From Thermodesulfobacteriota bacterium (lineage in GTDB: Bacteria > Desulfobacterota_D > UBA1144 > Nemesobacterales > JAJCZQ01): 30,514 nucleotides of DNA. Both the position numbers and the translations under genes were made by a program. A model generated the notes under the pieces. The model did not search any database and was not told the DNA's origin. It worked only from the letters and a program-made list of their open reading frames with translations. Shown here one piece after another: positions 21,681-30,514 of the stretch; the stretch's first letter is position 1, and every line of letters starts with the position of its first letter. The stretch covers positions 1 to 30,514 of the forward strand of contig CBDBDR010000002.1 of assembly GCA_965203965.1 (NCBI GenBank), written 5' to 3'.

Positions 21681-23296
21681 ACTACCTACTAACCTCAGTA
21701 TCTACTAACCTCAGTACCTACTAACCTCAGTACCTACTAACCTCAGTACCTACTAACCTCAGTATCTACTAACCTCAGTACCTACTAACCTCAGTATCTA
21801 CTAACCTCAGTACCTACTAACCTCAGTACCTACTAACCTCAGTATCTACTAACCTCAGTACCTACTAACCTCAGTACCTACTAACCTCAGTATCTACTAA
21901 CCTCAGTACCTACTAACCTCAGTACCTACTAACCTCAGTACCTACTAACCTCAGTATCTACTAACCTCAGTACCTACTAACCTCAGTACCTACTAACCTC
22001 AGTATCTACTAACCTCAGTACCTACTAACCTCAGTACCTACTAACCTCAGTACCTACTAACCTCAGTACCTACTAACCTCAGTATCTACTAACCTCAGTA
22101 CCTACTAGCCTCAGTATCTACTAACCTCAGTACCTACTAACCTCAGTACCTACTAACCTCAGTACCTACTAACCTCAGTATCTACTAACCTCAGTACCTA
22201 CTAACCTCTAACCTCAGTATCTACTAACCTCAGTACCTACTAACCTCTAACCTCAGTACCTGCTAACCTCAGTACCTACTAACCTCAGTACCTACTAACC
22301 TCAGTACCTACTAACCTCAGTACCTACTAACCTCAGTACCTACTAACCTCAGTACCTACTAATACCTACTAACCTCAGTATCTACTAACCTCAGTACCTA
22401 CTAACCTCAGTACCTACTAACCTCAGTATCTACTAACCTCAGTATCTACTAACCTCAGTATCTACTAACCTCAGTATCTACTAACCTCAGTATCTACTAA
22501 CCTCAGTATCTACTAACCTCAGTATCTACTAACCTCAGTACCTACTAACCTCAGTATCTACTAACCTCAGTACCTACTAACCTCAGTATCTACTAACCTC
22601 AGTATCTACTAACCTCAGTATCTACTAACCTCAGTATCTACTAACCTCAGTATCTACTAACCTCAGTATCTACTAACCTCAGTATCTACTAACCTCAGTA
22701 CCTACTAACCTCTAACCTCAGTACCTGCTAACCTCAGTACCTACTAACCTCAGTACCTACTAACCTCAGTACCTACTAACCTCAGTACCTACTAACCTCA
22801 GTATCTACTAACCTCAGTATCTACTAACCTCAGTACCTACTAACCTCAGTACCTACTAACCTCAGTATCTACTAACCTCAGTATCTACTAACCTGAGTAC
22901 CTACTAACCTCAGTACCTACTAACCTCAGTATCTACTAACCTCAGTATCTACTAACCTCAGTACCTACTAACCTCAGTACCTACTAACCTCAGTATCTAC
23001 TAACCTCAGTATCTACTAACCTCAGTATCTACTAACCTCAGTATCTACTAACCTCAGTATCTACTAACCTCAGTACCTACTAACCTCAGTATCTACTAAC
23101 CTCAGTATCTACTAACCTCAGTATCTACTAACCTCAGTATCTACTAACCTCAGTATCTACTAACCTCAGTATCTACTAACCTCAGTATCTACTAACCTCA
23201 GTACCTACTAACCTCAGTATCTACTAACCTCAGTATCTACTAACCTCAGTATCTACTAACCTCAGTATATACTAACCTCAGTATCTACTAACCTCA
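21681..23296. repeat. Tandem minisatellite, 16-bp unit CTACTAACCTCAGTA(C/T), about 100 copies
   Basis: Continuous array of ~1.6 kb with a C/T variant position and rare 7-bp TAACCTC slips. Confidence 0.97.
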
Positions 23297-23548
23297 TTCC
23301 AATGTGTACTCTTATGAACATTATACTCATTCACATCAGAACACTACAATGTATTCCTTGCCATGACGTTTTGTCTTGTGACTTCATAAATTATCTTGTA
23401 CAACAGAACAATACGCTGAATTATATTACTAGTTCATTGTGTGACAGAATGTGTATGCATTCCAAACTTGATATAGGAGAATAAATTAATTATGCACTTG
23501 CAAATTGCAGTGAAATGCATAATACTGCCTGCATGTACATACATTATG

Positions 23549-26500
23549 CTAGTTGTCGTCAACAATTCCAATAAGTGGCTCCCGTTCACTGTTGCTATCA
23601 TAGAGATGCACCTCTTGTACTGGTACATTTGGTGGTGATGGCAGTCGTTCCTCGTATCGCAGCTCCCTGCTGGCGGCTAATGGTTGCTGTCCTCTTTTGA
23701 TTATTATGCGATGTAGGTAACGGCACGCACCACATTTAATAAGAGACACACTCACAAACCAAGCAACAATTCCAAGTACTGGGAAGAGCACGAGTATATA
23801 AATTAACACGGGGTTAGTCCTGGACTGCATAAGAGCAAGGAGAAAGTCAATGTCAACAAGAATAAGAGTGTCTGTGATGTTTAATGCAGTACTCTGGTAT
23901 GGACGGATCAGGCAGTGAACACTGATCAAGACGACAAACAGTGTTTGTATGTAGATTATAGGCACTGCTTGACTTTGCATAGACACAAAAACAATCCACA
24001 CGATGAAGTATACAGTTGAGTACCAGCGACAGCTGTCCCTGTAGCACGACTGGAACTCGTCTAGAAATGGTTTGATCCTGGTCAGGTTAATGACTCGTGA
24101 TAGTGCTGGTGATACTAACAGGACTACCAGTAAAGGAATGATCACTATTAGTAGAACTAGCAATGCTAGAATTACTACTGGAATGTGCTCCCAGGAGAAG
24201 TATTTCAAGTTAGGTTCTAATGCCACCACTGAGAGTACCACATCATTGTTGTGTATTAGTCTGGTTGATGTGAGAATGTTGAAAGTGATGTTCATTGTAA
24301 TGTCTGCCAGTGACCAAAATGAGAGCAGCATTAGGATACAGAGTGCTCGTAGACGTGAGTTTTGCCATTTTAGTAGTGTTCTCGGGCACCATCGAGCTTT
24401 AAGTGTTGTGAAGCCAATTACCAACAGCACTGTTAGTGGACCGAGGTATCGTAATGAGTAATTGTAGATTTTGTTAAACTCAAAGAAACACCATGGGATG
24501 AGTCCGAATGGCTCAGGATTGAGGAGTGGTACAGCTGTAATGATCAATATGAATTTTCTTAAGATGAAGAAATTAGGATCAGTGTCTAGTGGTAGATGAC
24601 TGATGACTGCTAGTAGCAGCATTGGTCCATACAGAAATCCAGACCCAGTCGCTATTTTGAATCGTACAACTGACATAAGAGTCATTGCAATCATCAGTTG
24701 AAACACTAATGTGATGACCAGGACAAGGTAAGGCTGCCACCACTCACATGTGCTGCTAGCCACACAACTCACTGACAGGAAGGTGTACTGGTAGTCCTCT
24801 GCACAACTCTTACACAGCAGTCCACCTCTTCCTACTGAGCATTGCTCATCAGCATTGAAACCAAGTAGTTGGTAGTCGCCAGAAAATCCAAGGTTCAGCA
24901 TCTTAGCAGGACATGGCTCAAAAGAGTAGGAACAGTCAGGATACGAACATTGAGCAGAAACGTAGGTTGTTGTATTATCATTGCTATATGGACCATACCA
25001 GTAGCCTTGTGTGATGCAAGCAATACCGAGGTTTTCTGAGCATATCACAGTGCCATAGTTTGTGGCTATGTCAGCACACTTGCAAACACCTTCACTAATA
25101 TTGTACACAAAACCAAGTGGACATGTGTTGGAGATGTTCAATTTAATGGTCATTTCCGTTTGTAAATTATTTCTACACATGAATAGCATATGAACTGAAG
25201 TGCTCTCTGACATTCGTGGAGCAGACACGCTCAGTTTAGTATCCACGACTGCATACGCTACAATCTCTTTCTGTGCTAATACTACGTGTTCTGGTCCGTT
25301 GAGTCGTACATGTTTAAGTAAACAATTAAATACCCAATTGTCACACAATATGTACACATTTGCTGTACAAGAGGATGGCGACCCAAAATAGTCCATCACT
25401 GAAACACTGATGTAAATATTTTGACCTGGTATTAGCGATAAGCTGCCATCTCCTTCGTATTTCATGTTAATTGCTGGAGACCTAATGTCTGCAAGCTGGA
25501 CATTGTTAAACGAGCAGTTTGGAAGGACCCCTCGCGGTGTTGTAGCAAAATACACTGAATTTCCACTCGTGGTAGCAGTGTTGTAGATGAACTTTACATT
25601 CAATTTACATGTTGGATCGGATATGGTTGTATTGCTCAGGTACAGTGCCCCTCCATACACTCCCTTGTTTCCTTCAAAGATCACTTCTACTTCAGTGTTT
25701 GTTTCAACCGTCACATGTACACTATGAAGTTCACAAGCTCCTCCAAGCACACCTGTATTGTTTGTGAAACGAATTGCTCCTTTAAGTGACAGATGTGCTC
25801 TATTTGGTTTGACTATAAGAGGAGTTCCTTGATTATCTGAAAAACTCGAATCTTCGACTATAATTTTATCTACCAATGAGAAGCTAAATATCGAAGATTC
25901 CAGATCACCTATTGCTACTGCATTAGGCCGTTGAGTGTTGGACACTGTGTTGGAATCAACTAACATATCTTTTAGGACAACGATCATTGAGTAACAATGG
26001 TAATAGCAATTGACTTCCACAAGTACAGAAGTAGCCATGTTGTTCCTTATAGTTGTTTCACGTACAATTAAATGTACACTCACTGCATACTCAAATTCAC
26101 TACTAAAACTGTTTACCGATATTAGGATCAATTGATGATTGTTGATAAAATCACTTTTATTGATGAAAATAGTCAAACCATCGCCTTCTCCAATCGAAAT
26201 AAGTTGGGAATCTTCAATTTCTGTTTGATTTTTAGTTGTGGATACATCACTTGTTCTTTTTATACCTTTCAGTTTAGTGAAGGTACTATTCACGATGGTA
26301 TTTGACCCTGAGTTTGTATCAGCAAAAGAAATTATTGGTTTGTCAGTGCTGCAGTTAGAAATGATATTGTTCGAAAAGATAAAGTAAACTTGTCGAAAGA
26401 AGGAGCAATTCGCAGGGTAGGGCAAATTTCCACTTGCCCAAATTCGTTTTTATTGATCACTAACTTCTGTATACATCTGAATACCCAGTCAGCTGTCATG

Positions 26501-26955
26501 ATTCTGCAGTTAAGTATGGCCAGTGAATTGAACCCACCATGGTATATGCTTAAGTTAGTATGATCTGTGCCTGAAATGAATCCTAACCCTATCCAAGCCC
26601 AGTAGAGCTTGCTATTGTAATGATTCATCTTCATAGAAGAATTCAGTATGATGTAAACCTGGTTATGCCCTACTATTTTCACACTCAAGATATGTTGCTG
26701 AGAAAATGTATAGTTGGAGTAATTCTTAATGGTTTGATTGTAAGTGATGTTTACAGTGATGGCAGTGCTTTGATGAAAACTTGTTCTTGATAACAAACCC
26801 AGAAAGTAAGTCAGTGTTTTGCAAGTCTCATTTTTCATGCAGGAAGGGTCATCTATGCCAGTTTCACTCACTTGCACTGTGATTTGCAGTGTGTAGCTGC
26901 TACTAGCTCCAATCAGACCAAATATTAGTAGAACCTGGTAGAGTGGTGAAATCAT
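23549..26955 (-). CDS. Intronless membrane receptor-like protein: signal peptide, pectin-lyase/Pmp-like beta-helix repeats, Cys-rich region, multi-pass (7 or more) TM domain; one frameshift near 26380-26400
   Basis: ORFs 26332-26955 and 23549-26425 overlap in different frames. MISPLYQVLLIFGLIGASSS signal peptide; VSETGIDDPSC..CKTL; FTNNTGVLGGA, FEGNKGVYGGALY, FIYNTATTSGNSVY repeats; CPLGF..CKC, CITQGYWYG, QCSVGRGGLLCKSC; TM helices with KPFLDEFQSCYRD..RWY; C-terminal EREPLI. Confidence 0.85.
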
Positions 26956-27079
26956 TGCTGTAGACAGGCACCTTTGGTGAAACCTGTTATTCCAGTAACT
27001 TTGTTGACAGTATAGAGTAACATAGTGGATAAGAGCACAGTGGTAAACATTTTTTGTAGTCCGATTATTTGGTTAAACA

Positions 27080-27221
27080 CAGTGGCGGATCTAGCCTGAG
27101 GTGCTTGGGGGGGCCATAATTTATTCGTACTATAAGTTTGTACAAGGCTTGTTTACATTCCATTGTGTGGTTAATATTTTTTAAATTTTAGGGGGCCTGG
27201 CCCCCTGTAGATCCGCCACTG
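27080..27221. mobile_element. hAT-type MITE, 142 bp, 8-bp TSD GTTAAACA
   Basis: TIR CAGTGGCGGATCTA / TAGATCCGCCACTG; GTTAAACA at 27072-27079 and 27222-27229. Confidence 0.92.
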
Positions 27222-27547
27222 GTTAAACATGAACAATACAATAAGGCTGTTTTGCGAAACATTATTTCAAAACCAGTACATGTTGTTCCCTTGAGACAAT
27301 AGTATTCTCATTGATATACTCAGTTTGGTTTCACTTTTTAGTATACAGCAAATAATGTACAAGTATAGTTGAGTTCCTTACATCATTTATGGCACAAAAC
27401 CACACCCCTGATAGTCATATGAGGCACTTTACACTTAAGGGTGCTCGCTCGGTCATCATTAATATTCATTAGACGGTCAGTACTTGTGAAATCATTATGC
27501 GGTTGTAAATATCAGCCCTGAGTTGTAAATATTAATCCTTATATCTG

Positions 27548-28680
27548 ATGGAAATCGTGAATTCATTGAACATGCTGGATAAAGTGGTGTTAGATATCGG
27601 TGACAAGAAAGGTTCTTACTTCCCACCTATTGTATCATTTGGTTCGTATTAAAGATTTTATGACTTGTTTTCTCTTTAGCTGACAATGTAAACGGACAGC
27701 GAATACCATCAATATCGACTGAGGAGCTTGACAAAATGAGCACCAAGTTAGTTAATAGCGATCTGTAACACAGTCCATCCATGACTGATATAAAATCGTG
27801 CAAAAACTTGTATGCACAAATATTTTGGACGCATACAAGCACTAAAAGCTTGTGTTATGACAATAGGCTATTTAGTCTAGCTAGTACTGAATGTCAACTG
27901 CATGTACACGTATCAGTGTTATAGCATGCATGCATCTTCATTCCTGCACACATGAACTGTTAGTTGACTATTGTGCAATAGCTTGTATTTTCTGTACAAC
28001 AGTTTGCATAATCTGTACAACAGCTTGCACCATATTAGCCCTCTACTAAAACACTGTTGTCCTTTACGCAGAGAAGGAAGGGTACAGAAGAAACTACAAC
28101 CAGGGAAGGTTACTACAATAACATTAATTTTATTCAATGTACAGTATCTACATCAACAGGTGTTCAATGATCCAATTCATGGTCATTTTGAGCTCCACCC
28201 ACTTCTCGTAAAAGTGATCGATACGCCTCAGTTCCAACGATTGCGCAATATTAAGCAGCTAGGTATGCACCATGCAATGATTAAGTGTATGATCTTTATT
28301 ATAAGTTTAAATTAGGCGGAGTTTACTATGTATTTCCTGGAGCTTCTCACAATCGATTTGAGCATAGTCTTGGGTATAAGAGTAGTTATTTCAAATTATT
28401 TTATATTAAATTTGTCTCCTTTAGTGTATGTTACATTGCTGGTGAGTTTGTAGAGATTCTTCAGAGCAACCAACCAGAGCTGGATATCACTGATGTGGAT
28501 GTGCTGTGTGTTAAGATGGCTGGTCTCTGTCATGACTTAGGTAAGAGCATGAAACCTGTATGTTTACCTGAACTTTCTTTGTGACTCAGGTCATGGACCA
28601 TTCTCACACTTGTTTGACAAACAATTCATTCCGAAGCTCGTGTGAGGATTGGAGCCGATCCCAACCTCAAAAAGTGAAAG
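27548..28680 (+). CDS. SAMHD1: SAMHD1-like HD-domain dNTP triphosphohydrolase, 5' exons only (possibly a pseudogene or interrupted)
   Basis: Exons 28072-28108, 28160-28262, 28316-28373, 28425-28540 and 28590-~28680 splice to [90 protein letters not shown]. Upstream exons from ATG 27548 are tentative. Frame problem (TGA) near 28643. Confidence 0.85.
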
Positions 28681-29086
28681 TATGTCTAATGCTGACCATA
28701 AATTTCATTCTGCATGTGCTTGACAATAGTCAGTACCTACCCTGTGCCAACACAACTAATCGCTTTCTTTTAGGATGCAAATGTACTATAATTTGCTCAA
28801 AGAATGTTCAGAATTGAAAATATTAGGGAGACACGGTAGTGTCTCCCTATGTAGGGTTGAACGAGAAAACAAGATGGCGGCTACATACAATGTATTAGCG
28901 TTCAAACGCTGATATTTCGCCTGGTGATGAATTTTGTACGTCCAAAGACACTTAAATCTGCTATCTGGCGTTGCCCCATCTTACAGTAGCAAGGAGATTG
29001 CTCGAGATTGTTACTAAAGTAACGAACCTGGAAACGGTGAAAATCGAGTTTCGTCATCTTCGTTTTCTTCTTCTTCTTTCTTCTTT

Positions 29087-29188
29087 CCGGTGTCACGGTG
29101 ATATGCGACCCCCGGTGATGAGTGACCCCCGGTGATATGTGACCGGGGGTCACTCATCACCGGGGGTCGCATATCACCGTGACACCGG
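29087..29188. mobile_element. 102-bp almost fully palindromic MITE, candidate 4-bp TSD CTTT
   Basis: CCGGTGTCACGGTGATATGCGACCCCCGGTGATGAGTGACCCCCGGT..ACCGGGGGTCACTCATCACCGGGGGTCGCATATCACCGTGACACCGG; absent from the paralogous copy at about 3550. Confidence 0.8.
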
Positions 29189-29585
29189 CTTTCTTTCTTT
29201 CTTTCTTTCTTTCTTCCTTCCTTCCTTCCTTCCTTTCTTTCTTCCTTCCTTCCTTCCTTCCTTCCTTCCTTCCTTCCTTCTTTCCTTCTTTCTTTCTTTC
29301 CTTCCTTCCTTCCTTCCTTCCTTCCTTCCTTCCTTCCTTCCTTCCTTCCTTCCTTCCTTCCTTCCTTCCTTCCTTCCTTCCTTCCTTCCTTCCTTCCTTC
29401 CTTCCTTCCTTCCTTCCTTCCTTCCTTCCTTCCTTCCTTCCTTCCTTCCTTCCTTCCTTCCTTCCTTCCTTCCTTCCTTCCTTCCTTCCTTCCTTCCTTC
29501 CTTCCTTCCTTCCTTCCTTCCTTCCTTCCTTCCTTCCTTCCTTCCTTCCTTCCTTCCTTCCTTCCTTCCTTCCTTCCTTCCTTCC
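29189..29585. repeat. (TTCC)n/(TTTC)n microsatellite, ~400 bp
   Basis: Direct inspection; it generates the spurious RKEG/FLPS ORFs. Confidence 0.97.
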
Positions 29586-30173
29586 ACTCGCCTAGCACCT
29601 TTACGTGAGCAGTGCCGAGACCAAACACCCACGAACAGTCGTGAAATTCTCCTGGCATGTGCCTTTTGAACTTAGTTTTTAGCGAAACGGCGATATAAAT
29701 TCCGCGATTTCTCGATCGTGATCCATTGTCACAGTCTTCTCGCCAAATGTTAGAGTCACGTGAATTTATTTTCCTATGACGTAATTTTGGTGGGCAACAG
29801 CCGCGAAATCCAGCTAGCTGGTTGGTGTAAGGACGAGCCTTTGTACGCGTTTCTTTGTGAATTATACACCGTGTACGTTTGAAAAACTTGTTTACTAAGG
29901 TTAGTTGAAGCGTCTGTGTGTGTTTTGTGTACATGTCCGAGGAATACGCGTGTGATTTGGGCTATGTTTATCTTTGTATAGCGAAATGGCGTCTAGGTAG
30001 GGCGACATGTCTGGTTTGCTGGTACATTTGAAACGCGCTGGAACAACTCTAAATTCAGGTATGTCGTAGTATGACTATTACTTTAAATGTTGCATACGTT
30101 TAAAAGCTGCTGTGTTTGTCTGCAAATGTTTTCCTCACATAAAATACATTGTAAATGTATAATTGATTTCTAT

Positions 30174-30514
30174 AAACAGAACACACACCCAATTTGTTCA
30201 GTGCCTTGATCAAAAAAGCGGTCCCCCTTGACTTTCAACTAAGTCGGCTACCAGTATATGCAGTGGCATTGAACATTGATTGTTAGCACAGAACATAAGA
30301 GAGCATAATAGAAAGTAGGTTTTTGTCATGTTTTTGTCTAGAACTAGTTGTTTGCCTTCCATTTCTTTCTGAAGCTGACCTAGTAAGCATGTTCACAGCC
30401 TTCCACAATGTGGGATTTAATTGGTCAATTTCTTTTTCAATATCGAGTGTGCTGTATTCATCAACAAAAGCTTCCTCTCTGCTCAAATATTTCTGACATT
30501 GCTCTAAAACATGA
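30174..30514 (-). pseudogene. Fragment of another probable Academ-type transposase (runs off the window)
   Basis: LDIEKEIDQLNPTLWKAVNMLTRSASER..[frameshift]..NNQCSMPLHILVADLVESQGGTAFLIKALNKLGVCS resembles the 'L..LN.LG...SY' region preceding the Academ catalytic core. Confidence 0.55.

Larger units (their letters stand above)
28822..29731. mobile_element. Non-autonomous Helitron/Helentron-like element, copy 2, with nested palindromic MITE and expanded (TTCC)n
   Basis: Collinear with 3292-3709 on both sides of the insert. Terminal hairpin TAGGGAGACAC-GGTA-GTGTCTCCCTA (28824-28849). Confidence 0.65.

Noticed and set aside
21681..23296. Possible CRISPR array or telomeric repeat
   Set aside because: Units are contiguous with no unique spacers and no cas genes. 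The 16-bp unit only superficially contains TAACC and is not (TTAGGG)n.
29014..29934. Long RKEG/FLPS ORFs
   Set aside because: Artefacts of the stop-free (TTCC)n microsatellite.

Overview
Eukaryotic, transposon-rich genomic window with very short (~50 bp) GT-AG introns. The gene content suggests an early-branching animal, probably a demosponge (inference). Host genes: a multi-exon ankyrin-repeat TRP-type channel (+, ending 9049), an intronless ~1,130-aa secreted-beta-helix/Cys-rich/multi-TM receptor-like gene (-, 23549-26955, one frameshift) and the 5' exons of a SAMHD1-like HD-domain gene (+, ~27548-28680). Mobile DNA: a decayed PIF/Harbinger element (transposase plus MADF ORF), an internally deleted Academ-type element with long TIRs inserted just upstream of a Gypsy PBS/gag, two hAT MITEs, a Harbinger-like MITE and two copies of a Helitron/Helentron-like non-autonomous element. 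The main feature is a young 4.17-kb helicase-encoding AcademH-type transposon (RecQ-like helicase plus convergent transposase, perfect 54-bp TIRs, 9-bp TSD) nested in the terminal hairpin of a related non-autonomous element that has its own 9-bp TSD. Also present: a complete type I hammerhead ribozyme (21431-21509), a ~100-unit 16-bp satellite next to an orphan AcademH-like end, and two long fold-back palindromes that share a motif architecture.
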